The position numbers were made by a program, and so were the translations under genes. DNA of 63,734 nucleotides, the filler included, from Reclinomonas americana ATCC 50394 (Eukaryota), in the NCBI GenBank assembly GCA_048213135.1. It is 10 parts of 10 records of this genome, joined end to end, with 100 filler letters (N's around TTAATTAATTAA, not from the genome) between each part and the next. Parts side by side here need not be neighbours in the genome. Positions count along the whole stretch, not along the records: positions 1 to 13,377 come from AFZH01023350.1; 9 more parts are not named here. One strand, written 5' to 3'. This document shows, piece by piece, positions 1 through 11,989 of this stretch (the first letter of the stretch is position 1; every line of letters begins with the position of its first letter). The notes below the pieces were generated by a model. It ran no database searches and had not been told where the DNA came from. It saw only the letters and a program-made list of their open reading frames with translations.

Positions 1-849
1 GATTATCAAGCCGTCTGGAAAATACAGTCAATTTTATTTTTCAAATTATGATACCATTTTTTTGAACCATTCTTTATGCTCATGATTTTCCCAACATATT
101 TTTTGCCGGATGGTCTTATTTCATGATCAGATTTTTTTTATGAGCATCATGATGCAAATTATAAAATCGTTCCCAAAAAATGGCATTTTAGGTCTATTAG
201 CTCTTATGATCAGACCTATGAGCAGATTTTTTGGATTTTTTATGGTTTATGATCATTTGCCCTCTGGAAATAATTTACTCCGGTCTGCTATATATGTGTA
301 CCGTGCACCAGTGAAGGCCACGTACTCGCGTATATCGCACGGGGTCTACCCACCGCAGGCACCAACAGGAGGCCTGCCAGCGCTCTGAAAAGAGGAAAAA
401 TAAAAGTGCGCCGACAAACTCCGTCGTTCGACTGCGCGCACTTCTCGCACAGTCAACCCCGAAAAGCCGCTGCATCACTTCACTTCTCGCACGAGCACAG
501 ACACGCGAAACAGGCGCCAGAGCGCAGCCGACGAAGACGCGATCGCAGAGTGCGCATGCTGCGAATTTGAACATGTGCATTAATTAACAAAATTCTAATG
601 ACAAGCAGGTGTTCTCGGGCAGAATGGATTGAGTGTGATCTCGAAGAGAGTGGTCACGATATGATCTCCATTCTTCCATGGGAGTAACCGCCACGGTGGC
701 CAGGCGGGAGTGCTAGCGCTCGCATTTCCTTTAGACGACCGATCCAAAGACCTGGAAGTTGTCCCGAGCCGCCGGATTTGTCCCTTAGTTGGTCCTTAGT
801 TATTTTTTCGCTTATCGCGGAGAACTTGTTATCCTCGCTCAACACCAAG

Positions 850-2929
850 ATGGTACGTGCTCTTGTTCACCACGCTGCTTTCCATGCACCCTCTCTTGTC
901 TGTTTGCCTCTCTTTTTCCCGTGCACATGCTGGACAACACGTTGCTTTGTGAATGAATATGTGTGTGCGTGCCAGCATGCACATTTCGCGTGCCGTCGAC
1001 CTCTCACTCCCTTCTTCTTGTTGTTCTGCGTTCCTCTCTTGCCACATTGTTTGTAGCACTGTGTATGAGTGCGTGTGTATGTGTGGTGAGCAGTGGAAGA
1101 GAATGACGCGTCGACATGTCTTCTCACGAGATGCGCCCTCCCCTTCCCCTTCTTCTTCCACAACCACAGGCACTCCAGCTCTACACCTACCCCAACAACC
1201 CGCGTGCCTTCAAGGCACTCATCACCGCTCTCTACAACGATGTGGAGATTGAGGTGCCGCCGTTCGCCTTTGGAACCACCAACAAGGTCAGTCATTAATC
1301 AACATGCTCCTCCTCCTCCTCCTCCTCCTCCTCCTCCTCCTCCTCCTCCTCCTCCTCCTCCTCCTCCTCCTCCTCCTCCTCCTCCTCCTCCTCCTCCTCC
1401 TCCTCCTCCTCTGATCGTCTCCTCTCTCTCTGTGCAGACCCCGGAGTTCCTGCGCATGAACCCGCTCGGCAAGGTGCCGGTGTTGTCGACCCCGGAGGGT
1501 GCCATTTTTGAGAGCAACGCTATTGCCCGCTATGTTGCGCGCCTCGGCAACCAGAGCATGTACGGCTCGTCGCTGTACCAGACTGGTGCCATTGACCAGT
1601 GGCTCGACTTTGCCAGCAACGAGATTGAGCCGGCGGCCATCACATGGCTCGGCCCGATCCTCGGCTTCCTCACTTACCAGCGCCCGGCTGCCGAGAAGGT
1701 AATGTCGCACACACACCGTCTTCTTCTCTCCTTTGCTCTGTGGCGATGCACGCACGAACACGCACACGCATGGCACGTACACACGCGGAGATGATGCAAA
1801 ACATCGAATGCCGATTTCCTTGTGATTAATCATGAACGCAAACCCGATCCATCTGTCTGATCCACTTGTTGTTGCTGCTCCTGCTGCTGTCGTCACATCG
1901 CCACCTCCTTTCCCACCGTATCATCTGTCTTCTTTCCCCTATTGCATGGATGACTGACGACGACGCATTTGGCTTTGCTTTGTTGCGCGGCAGGCAAAGG
2001 AGACCGTCTTCAACGCCCTCGAGGCCCTGAACACGGTGCTGTCGGACCGCACCTTCCTGGTCGGCAACCACGTCACTCTGGCCGACATTGTGGTGTTCTG
2101 CTCCGTGATGGGCCTGTACAAGTACGTGCTGGACCGCCCGCTGCGCGCCAAGTTCCCGCACGTGTCGCGCTGGTTCTCGACGGTGCTGTCGCAGGCCAAC
2201 GTCTCTGGCGTCATTGGCGCCTTTGAGTTCTGCGAGCAGGCCGCGGAGCCGGTGCCGGCCAAGAAGGCTGAGGGTGGCAACAAGTCCAAGGCCGAGGGCG
2301 GCAAGGCGAAGGCGGAGGGTGGCAAGGCAAAGGCTGAGGGTGGCAAGAAGAACAAGAAGCAGGAGGAGCCCGAAGAGGCACCGGCTGCCCCCGCTCCGGC
2401 TGCGCACCACGCTGAGGAGGAGGAGGAGGAGTCCTTTGAGGACGCTCCCAAGGGCAAGAACCCGCTCGACTCCCTGCCGAAGAGCAACTTCAACCTGGAG
2501 GAGTGGAAGCGTCAGTACTCGAACTCGGACACCCGCAACGGTGCCATCCCGTGGCTGTGGTCGCACTTTGATGCGGAGGGCTTCTCGTTCCACTTTGCCG
2601 ACTACAAGTACAACAACGAGCTCAGTGTGCCGTTCATGGCCTCCAACCTGGTGCAGGGCTTCCACCAGCGCGCCGACGGCTGCCGCAAGTATGCTTTCTC
2701 GAGCATGCTCATCACTGGCGAGGCCGGCAACCTGGTCATTCGCGGTGTGTGGCTGTTCCGCGGCCCGGAGGTGCCGGACGTCATGAAGACGGTCGACGAC
2801 TGCGAGCTGTACGAGTGGCGCAAGGCCGACCTGGCCAACAACGCAGACAAGGCTCTGATTGAGGACATGCTGGCATGGGACAAGCCGATTGACGGCCGCC
2901 CGGTGCTCGACGGCAAGAGCTTCAAGTAA
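850..2929 (+). CDS. EEF1G: Translation elongation factor 1-gamma (eEF1B-gamma); exons 850-852, 1170-1286, 1438-1698, 1994-2929
   Basis: Spliced product begins MALQLYTYPNNPRAFKALI..., with GST-N (NPLGKVPVL, IFESNAI), GST-C, a Lys/Glu linker and the C-terminal EF1G domain (NPLDSLPKSNFNLEEWKRQYSN...GKSFK*). Three GT-AG introns restore the frame. Confidence 0.96.
1308..1410. repeat. (CCT)n microsatellite, about 34 units, in EEF1G intron 2
   Basis: Pure CCT run between donor 1287 and acceptor 1437; the intron has an in-frame TAA in the EF1G frame. Confidence 0.95.
1787..1863 (+). ncRNA. Candidate intronic box C/D snoRNA
   Basis: Terminal stem GGA/TCC, box C ATGATGC 1791-1797, D' GTGA 1822-1825, C'-like ATGAAC 1832-1837, box D CTGA 1857-1860. 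The 13-nt D' guide TGCCGATTTCCTT is complementary (2 G-U pairs) to the conserved LSU rRNA segment AGGGAAGUCGGCA. Confidence 0.7.
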
Positions 2930-3021
2930 TCCTGCTTGCGGTGTGAGACGAAGTTAAACGCGTTTTGCCTGCTTTCGAAACACACTTGTTCCTACTTTTC
3001 ACTGGTGCGTACAAGCTCTCT

Positions 3022-5454
3022 TTAAGACGCTGCAGGCTGCAGCTCCATGCCGTGCGGTTCGGTTGACAGGTACGCATCGACCTTTTGCAAAAGCCACCGC
3101 GCATCCTCTGGGGTGATGATTAATGACGAGGTGTCGGTCGCGCGTTCATCAAAGTAGGCAAACGTGCGACATCCCTGCGCACACAACAAAGACGGCAGGT
3201 GTCACAAGCTTTGTCAATTAATTTCTGCTAGACATACAACACGTACCTGGTACGCCGCCATCATTACGTGCGATGGCTTCCAGGACTTGCTTGCTTCGCT
3301 GCCATTGCTGCCGCCGGGCAGAACCTCCACATGCGCACACGGTCGGCGCCGGACGAACGCGCGATGTGCAAAGGCACCTCCGTGCGGCCCAAACACAATG
3401 TCCGCCGTGTAAAAGTCGAGAATCGTCTCCAGCGGCGCCTTGTCCGTCGAAACCGCAAACTCGGTGACGACAAAGTGCGGAAACTCGTCCTTGATCAGTT
3501 GCACAATCTGTGCACGGTTGTCGCGTCACTTCACCACCCAACAACAACAAATAGACCGCCTCCAGTGCGCGCACGCAACAGCAGCGTGTGTGGCCAGCGA
3601 GCGAGCTCCCTTGCGTTGCAGCATGAGAATCCGTCGCCGAGGCTTCCCACTGGCTGGGTCCTTGAGGGGCGGCGCTTTCACTGCCGACGAAAATCAAGAG
3701 GCAGAGTAAGCGTGAAATGCAGCGTGCATCACACACGGAGGACCGCCCGCACCCTCCCAGAATTCACGCAGAGCCGACCGAATCATCTCCTTGTGCAACG
3801 ACTGGAACGCGTCGGCGAGTCCGTGAAGCACAGTCGGGTGTGCCGCACCGCAAAAGACGCCGCTGGTGAAATACGCCTTTTTGGCCAGCACCGGTGGCGG
3901 ATTGATCAGTACCTGTGATCATGGTATGAGCCGCAAGGATGAGGGGGAAATTAGGGGGGAGAGTACACAGCAGCTTGCCACTCACCTGCTCGCGTCGCAC
4001 GCCGAGAGCCTCGAGGAAGCCGAAAGTCGCCTCCTCGCCGTAGACATTCTTCTGCACGAGCACGTAAATGTTGCGGAAGGCGTTCACTTCCTCCCATACC
4101 TGCAACGTAAAAGTGTCAGCACACGCACTCACTGTTGCCATCATGTAGTGTCACAACTGACCAAGAGGAAGCGCGGAAGGACTTCGCCGAGGTAGTGAAA
4201 GAACGAATCGCCCCACGTCTGCTGCAACGGCACCACGGCATCGACGAGCCACACGCGGCCGTCGGCCTTCCACGCAAAGTGCCCGGAACGATCCGCCGGC
4301 GCACACTGACGCGGAATGAACACACGGTCGCGCGAGAAGATCCGCCCGTCCGTAGACACCAACTGCATGCACGAAAAACGAAATTGAGCTGGTGCATCGT
4401 TGGGAGTCACAGAGCCACTCCACGCACAGCATCGTCAATCACAACCGAGTGCGCCTTCAGCGGTGCTGTCTGCGCATGCTGACCACGTCCACCGGGTGCC
4501 ATGAGCACGGGTGCGCCGAGCTCAGTCGGGCGGTTGCCCGGCGGCCGCATCGGCAGATCAAAGTACAATGGATCCGCCTGCTGGCGTGCTCAGTCAGCAT
4601 CGACGGCACCGGCGCGCAGCCAGCGACTCACCTTGTCAAACTGCGGGTGTCTCCTGACCAGGTAGCCGGGCGCGCGAGGCGGCATGGACAGCGCGTCCTC
4701 CTCCATCATCACCTGCGTCGCTCCCGTACGATTCGCCGCCGTCTTCAGCACCGTCTTGTGCGCCGTCAACCACGACGACACCGCACCGACACACTCCGAT
4801 CGCAGCGGGTACGGCGATCGCGCCTCGCCCACCACACCCGCCTCACCATAGCGCGCATGCGCAAACACCATCCCGCGCGGATCAAACAGCGACCACGGGA
4901 ACTGCTCCGCGCATTCTGCACTTGTCAACTGCAACAAGCAGTCAGTCAGTGTGTGCGTGTGGCGCGAAACACGCAACAAAAAACAGTGGAAAGCAAGCTA
5001 TACCTTGGGCAATGGCGGCAAATCACTGCCTGTGCACACATACATCATCACGGTGAGTGTGTGACGCGTACACACGCACATGCAAGTCACTCTCCGCACC
5101 TCCCTGTCCGTTCACAATCTCCACGCTCTCCACACCACCAGCCTCGCCACTCCACGTCGCATCGGTCTCCTTCGCGCGCTGCCCAGAGGCCAGGAACTGC
5201 CACAACCAAACACTCAGATAGAGAAAGAGAGAAGGACGCACGCACACATACTTGTTGCGTACCAGTGTGACGCCAAAGAAGCCCACAATGGCGCCCAACA
5301 AGCCCAGTGCAAGGTAAAAGAGCACTTGCTCGGTCTTTCCCGCGGTTTCTCTTCTTGCCGACGATGTCGCTGCTGCTGGTGATCGACTGTTCTCATTGTC
5401 GCGGTATGGGTTATTGGTGAACACAATGAGAGAGGCGCCCTCGTCGTCGTCCAT
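3022..5454 (-). CDS. Glycosyltransferase family 61 (DUF563)-like type II membrane protein, multi-exon
   Basis: N-terminal TM anchor (VLFYLALGLLGAIVGFFGV), WGDSFFHYLGEVLPRF, ILMLQRKGARSL and ADIVFGPHGGAFAH match GT61 motifs. Stop TAA at 3022-3024. Confidence 0.8.
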
Positions 5455-5525
5455 GTTTAGTTGGTTGCTGACACACAGGACACTCTGACAGCAAATATCG
5501 AACGAACTTGAGAAGAGAAGACAAC

Positions 5526-8500
5526 ATGGAGGAACCAACACTTGTGCAGCCCATTGCGGGCCTGTTCTACCAGGACCCAACAGTACCAGCGGGAAAGAGC
5601 GTGCTGCCTGTGGAAGGTGTGACACGGCTGTCATTTTTCCGCCTTTCACACTCAAAGCACTTGTCTCACTCGTGTGCTTCTTCCTCCGCCTCTCTCTCTC
5701 TCTTTCTCTCTTTCTCTCTTTCTCTATCCTCGCTGTGGCACAGGCGTGCATGTGCAAGCGGAGATTGTGGGCGCGACGGCGCGAGTGACATGCATCCAGG
5801 TGTACGCCAATCGCACTGACACGCCGCTGGAGATCACATATATGTTCCCGTGTGACCGCAAGACTGCCGTGTGTGACTTTGCGGTACAGGTTGATGGGCG
5901 GGTGTTGCGAGTTGAGTGTGCTACGTGTTCGCGTGTTTGTTGTCAGCGATCACACGCGCCTTGATATTTTTAGCTAATCTGTGATTCTGATCGCTGCAGG
6001 GCGCTGTGGAGGCCAAGCAGCGGGCGCAGGAGCGCTACGACGATGCCATTGCGGCCGGACATCGACCATTCATGGTCGAGAAGCGTGACGAGTTCACCTA
6101 CACTGTTGCGTCGCTGCCAGGAGACAGTGTTGTCTGCTGACGATCGCCGACCATCGTGCATTTCGTTCACACACAGGTCAACATCGGTCGGCTGGATCCA
6201 ACACACGAGGCCACCGTGTGCATCACATACGTGACGGAGCTGAAGGCCGACGCGCTGGCCAAGAACCTCGTCTTTGTCGTCTCCAAGTCGCTGCTGCCAC
6301 CGCTGCGTGAGCGCGAGTTGCGTTTCATTCCTCTCCTTCTCTCTCTTTCCTCTGTGAGGCATCCCTCACTCGGTGTCGACAGTGAGGCCGGCTCGTCTGC
6401 ACCTGAGGCAGTGGAGATAGAGACCGCCTTTGGTGTGCTGCGTCGGTTCTGCGCGTCGGTGGATGTGAAGGCCACAATGCCGTCGGTCATCACCAATGTG
6501 ACATCGGAGAATCACGCAATGCACAGCACCGATGTGCGCGACAACGAGGCCACATTGCGTCTGGAGGACGTGCGACAGTCGTTTGCCAGCGACTTGTGTG
6601 TATCATTCACACTGGAGGAGCTGCCAGGTGCGCTGCTGTCTTTCTCTCCTCCCTTGTTGGCCAACATTGAACAATGCAACAGTGCCTGCTGTCTCTGTGG
6701 AGGTGGATCCGGCGTTGGCGGGCACCGACAAGGAACTGGCGGTGTGTGTGACGATTGCCCCGGCGTTGGATGCCAACCTGGATGTGGAGATCAACACGGA
6801 GATTGTGTTCCTGTTGGACTGCAGTTGCGTGGGCATGTTGTTGTGGATGTGCAATCGTCGCTCAGATTGTGACCATGTGTTTGTGATGCAGGTGGGTCAA
6901 TGAGTGGTGGACCAATCCGCGAAGCCAAGCGCGCCATGCAACTGTTCTTGCAGAGCCTCGCACCTGGCGTCATGTTCAACATCTACCGGTCTGCATGTAT
7001 CGGGGGTGACCGTTTTTCTTGTTGTGTGTATCTCACTGCACAGCGTCTGCTCTTCTGCGGTCGCAGATTTGGTGGTGTATTCCACAGCCTGTGGCCGCAG
7101 TCGCGCAAGGTCGACGAGGACACGCTGACCGAGGCGCGTGCGTATGTCGAACGCGCTGACGGTGATCTCGGTGGCACGAATCTGCTGGCACCACTGGGTG
7201 CAATCTTCCGTCAGCCAGTGGTGGCCGGCTACAGCCGCCAGTTGTTTGTGCTGACCGATGGCGAAGTGGAGAATACACAGGCCTGTGTCAGCGAAGGTCG
7301 GTGTGGCAGCAGGTAGTCATCCTCGTCTGTTCGTCGTTGGCTGACATCAATGAGATCCACAGTGGTGCAGCATGCGGGAACGACTCGAGTGTGGTCCATT
7401 GGCATCGGCAACGATGTGAGTCTCCTGGCGGCTGTCTGCGCAGGTGTGGGAAATGCTCACTGTGCATCTTGGCTGTAGGTGGATGCCGAGCTGGTGTTGG
7501 AACTGGCGCGCAAGGGAAACGGCAGTGCTGCATTCAGCAAGATCGGGGAACAGCAGATGGCCTCGCTGGTCATCACCCAACTCACTCGTTGCGTGGCATT
7601 GTGCTTCTCGCACGAAGTGAGTGGAAGCTGACGAGGGTGGAATGCGTCCGTCTGTGTTCGGCGTCCTCACAGGCGCCATGCAACCGGCACTCACCAACTG
7701 CAAGATCACGGTCGACAACCCACGTGTGCATGTGGCCGACGATGTGATTCCGCCAACGTTCCAGGGCGAGTTGCACTGCGTGTATATGTTTGCACCGCGT
7801 GATGTCGGCTCGTTCGAGGTCAAGCTGACGTGGCAGCAGGGTGCCGGTGAGTGCGAAATCTCCTCTGTGTCACAAGTCGACACTCACTGGTTTGTGCATC
7901 TTTGGCAGAGGAAGTGGAGGAGACGGCAACTGTTCGTGCTGGTGCGGCTGTGCGGGGCACGCAAGTGCACACTCTTGCTGGTACTGTGCCGATCATGAAC
8001 TGTGGTGTGTTGAATCAGCAGCGATTTCTGTGCTGACGTGGTGTTGTGTGTGTGCAGCCAAGAGTAAGATCGCGCACTTGGAGACTCACAATGGGTGCGT
8101 ACATGTGAAGAACGGGGGATTGTCTTCGTTGTTGTTGTTCTGAGTGACCCGTGCAGATCGACTGGCGACATTGTGGAGTTGGCAACTCGCTTCAAGCTGG
8201 CGTCGAAGCACACGAATTTCATTGTGGTGGACGACACTCCGTCGGCCGCCAGTGATGGTGGGTGTATGTACATGCACGCACAATCCAAAGTGTTCAGCAA
8301 AGTGTCTGACTGTTGTGATGTTGCGTGTACAGTGGCTCCAGTGTTGCGTGAGATCAACATTGCTCTCGAGAGCGGCTACAAGTCGTTGAGTACTGCTTGT
8401 CAGTTTCCACATTCATTCGTTATATTCTTATTGCTGATGTGCAACAGAGCGGCCACCAGTGGACGACCTGTGATGCGAGGTCTCGGCGCACATGGTTTTG

Positions 8501-10000
8501 CTGCGCCCGCAGCTTTTGCGCCGAACTCCGGTGTCGCATCGTTGGCAGCCTGGTGAGTTTGCTGTACACATTGCTTGCCATTGAATATCCAAGATAGTGG
8601 CTTAGACGATAGCATTGCCGGTCTGCAGTTTAAGAACGCGTCATGCCGTCATGCAAGATGATTCCGATGAATCAGAAGGATCTGACGACGAGGACTGGGA
8701 AAACAGTCCTGCTTCCTCGCCCATGGCATGTGCGTTCTACTGCCGCCATGATTGCATCCTTTTGCACTGCATCTGTCGCCTCACTCTGTTTGTGGACGGT
8801 TTCAGCATTCCACCAAGAGACGCTGTCACGGGCGCGAAAGGCACCATCGCCGCCGAATTTGTTTGGGGCGATGATGTCTTCATCCTCGATGGCATCGCCA
8901 CCTCCACCGCCACCTCCGCCACCGATGTTTGCGTACAGATATGCAGGTGCACCACCGCCACCGCCACCACCACCACCGCCGATGGCCGCACACAGAAGTG
9001 CACCACCCCCACCTCCGCCTCCTGGAGCGTCGCCTCCACCACCCAGAGCAGTGGCGGCCCCCCAACTGCCACCCCCTCCTCCAAGAGCTCCACCTCCATC
9101 TGGAGTAGCACAACGTTCTGTACTTCTCGATGAAATCAGGGACGGTCGCATGCTACGAGCTGCTGAACCTGCTCCAGCGCGAGCCGGGAGAGCAGCAGTG
9201 GGTGGTGGAGACGATGAAGACGACCCGGCACTGTCTGCAGTACTGGCCGCCTCTCTGGCGTCGTACGAGGCAGAGGAAAAGTGTGTCGAACCCTCTAGTC
9301 ATTGATGCGTGTGCGGCAAACTGACTCTGAAGACAACTGTACAGGCAGCAGGAGAAGCCAGTCGGCAAGAGCTCCGTTGTGGCAGCTCCAGTCTTGAACC
9401 TCGTTGCGTCCGCAGCAGGTGCTGTTGTCATCAAACTTTGTTGCTCACTCGATTCCACACAGGACTCACTGATGCTGAAGCAAAACGTTGCGCACCTAAC
9501 ATTCTCTCTCTATCTCCCCACTCACCAGCTGCTGTCGTTGTGTGTGTTCCTGACCTCTGTCTGTGCTCTATGTGTACTGGTTGTGCAGTTTGCTGGGTTC
9601 TGGTCGCCGTCGGAGAGCGGACTGATTGCGGGCTACACGACGAAGACTGTGGAGCAGCTGAATGCACTGCGTCCGGCGTCGGTGGCCGACGACAAGGTGT
9701 GGTGGACTGCTATTGCAATGGCCGTGCTGCAGGTTTGTGCATCAGCGTTGATTGTGTGGAAGGTGCGAGCTTCTTTACTAATTTCATTGATGGCTTGAAG
9801 ACCGTGGGCGCTGCGCGTCGTGGCGAGTGGCAGCTGATGTTCGTCACTCTTGTGCACTTGAGTGTTTCACCACCGCCTGTTGCTGTACATCTCACTGTCT
9901 GGGTTTCGGTTGCAGTTTCAACAAGGGGCAGCGATTCCTGCGTGGCGCCGGTGTCAATGTGGACGAACTGTTGGCGACTGCTGTGCTGGCCATTCAGTGA
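5526..10000 (+). CDS. VIT + VWA domain protein (VWA5A/PARP4-like) with polyproline, WH2-like and UIM-like segments; about 20 introns
   Basis: VIT domain (QVYANRTDTPLEITYMFP...AKQRAQERYDDAIAAG), VWA MIDAS residues (FLLDCSGSM, GGTNLL, FVLTDGEV, WSIGIG) and C-terminal QNFAGFW...WWTAIAMAVL domain. Stop TGA at 9998-10000. Confidence 0.88.
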
Positions 10001-10121
10001 GGTGTGATGCGGTATCATCAGAATGTGGAGGAGTGAAGAATTGGTTGAGCTGCACTGGCGATTCATTCTTTCACTCACGCGCATAGCTGCGTGGTGCACT
10101 CGTTGAAACAGGAAGGGAGAT

Positions 10122-11720
10122 CTAGTCGAGGGACTCATCAGCAAAGAGGTCAAAGTTCCAAAAGTCGGCGGGATTGGCGAAGCGGAAGCGGAAGTCAATG
10201 GCAGACAGCTCCTTCATGTCATCCGAGCTCAACTCAAAGGCGAGAGTTCCGCGGAAATTGCTCTCCACTCGTGCAGCGTTGACAGACTTGGGAATCACCG
10301 AGATGCCGCGTTGGAGGAGCCAGCGCAGCGCAATGTTGGCCGGATCCACGCTGTACTTGGTGGCCAAGCGCGTCACCTACGACAGGCATCATGGTCAATC
10401 GTACGAGCGCATAGATGACAAACAAAAAAATCTGCGTGCGAACCACTGGATCTTCGAGCATCACACGCCCACCGGCCTTGTCGCTCTTTTGGGCCAGTGG
10501 TGAGTACGCCGTCATGTGGATGCCGTGGCGAGTCAGTGTCTCGTGAAGTCGATTCTGCGGCAGGTACAGATGGCACTCGACCTGTGTACACGTGTGACTT
10601 GTGAGTGGGTCGGCGAGACGTGCACAGAGGCAAAGCACGCGGCTGACCTGGTTCACAGAAGGACGGATGCGTGCTTCGGCGCACAGTTCCTCGACCTGCG
10701 CCACCGTAAAGTTCGAGATACCGATGGACTTTACCAGACCAGCGTCGACAAGCTCTGCGTGGCGACGCGGAAGTGAGAAGAATCACTTCCCATGTCGGCA
10801 ATTCGACCGCGTGCAACGCAACTCTCCATCTCCCGCCACGTTTCGAGAATAGTGACGCTGTCGTCGATCTGCGAAGAGCCCGACTTGAACTGCGTACGGG
10901 TGAGTGGTGTGCGTCGCGAGAGAAGGGCATCGCAACATGCGACAACACGTACCGCCATTGGCCAGTGGATGAGGTACAGGTCAATGTACGCCAGCTGCAA
11001 AAGAAGTGAGCACTCGTTGATAGGTTCTCTCACGCGGCGGTGCAAACCTTCAGGCGCTGCGACAGACAACAGAGAGAATGCATCATGAGCGACACGAAAC
11101 GCACAAGGCCAATCACAATTGCAACACACCTGCAACGACTGCTCGCAAGCTGCACGCACTCGTGCCGGCGCATGCTCCGTGTTCCACAGCTGCAAGCGAC
11201 ACTGAGCAACAACACGACATTCACATCATCGTCATCTTCATCATCAAACCTTCGTGACAATGAACAAATCCTCGCGCTTGACAACATGCTCGGTGTTGAT
11301 GAGGCGATCCAGCTCATCGCCAATCTCAGCCTCATTGCCATCTGCACACGCATGTGAGAGGAGCAACACCAGTGAAGAAAGCTGCGGCGAATGACGACGC
11401 ACAAATCGCGGCAGTGTCAATGTGACGATCTACATGCATGCATGCACCATGTCAACACCAAGATAAAGGCAAAAGGAACGACAATGATATGCACACACGC
11501 AACATCCTGCAAGAATGGCAGCGCGCACTGCAGCGCCGACTTCACCACGCGACGCCTGCCACGTACCTGTGTTTGTTGTTGCATGTTTTCACTGTGAGCG
11601 TGTGTGCAACAGTCACACGTGTGTGTGTGTGTGTGTGCGCGCACACGCACCAAGACCAATGAGCGGGAAGGGAGCCACACCCGGGGCAATCTCCACAGTG
11701 GGGGCAGACGCGGAACTCAT
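10122..11720 (-). CDS. Aldo-keto reductase, multi-exon
   Basis: FPLIGLGTWQ, GYRHIDTAA, LWNT, YIDLYLIHWP, LVKSIGISNF, NQVECHLY, AYSPLA, VIPKSV. Confidence 0.93.
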
Positions 11721-11989
11721 TGCGCACGACAGAAGTCAAAAAAAAATAACAATCAATCAACCTCGGAGTGCGTCGGAGATTCAATGGCGTCGTGCAGCAG
11801 TCACTGTCGAGTTTTTGTGCTCGTCCATGATAAACGACGGGATGAAGCTGCATTCAGTGAGGCGCGGAACACATAGTGCACTTTGAGTTGTTTTCATGCA
11901 TGTCGACCCGAACTCGAACACTGATACTGTATCACCCGCCCTCTCTGTTGTTTCCTGTATCCCCCTTTATTTTCGTCGATTGCACTTGC

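Noticed and set aside
579..588. TTAATTAA resembling the assembly linker
   Set aside because: It has no flanking Ns and is shorter than the 12-mer, so it is treated as natural sequence.
1093..1794. 233-aa ORF with a polyproline run
   Set aside because: It reads through the (CCT)n microsatellite of EEF1G intron 2; splicing gives a normal EF-1 gamma.
1826..1842. ATTAATCATGAACG resembling a sense-strand SSU rRNA segment
   Set aside because: Short, mismatched and in sense orientation; better explained as the D'-C' region of the snoRNA candidate.
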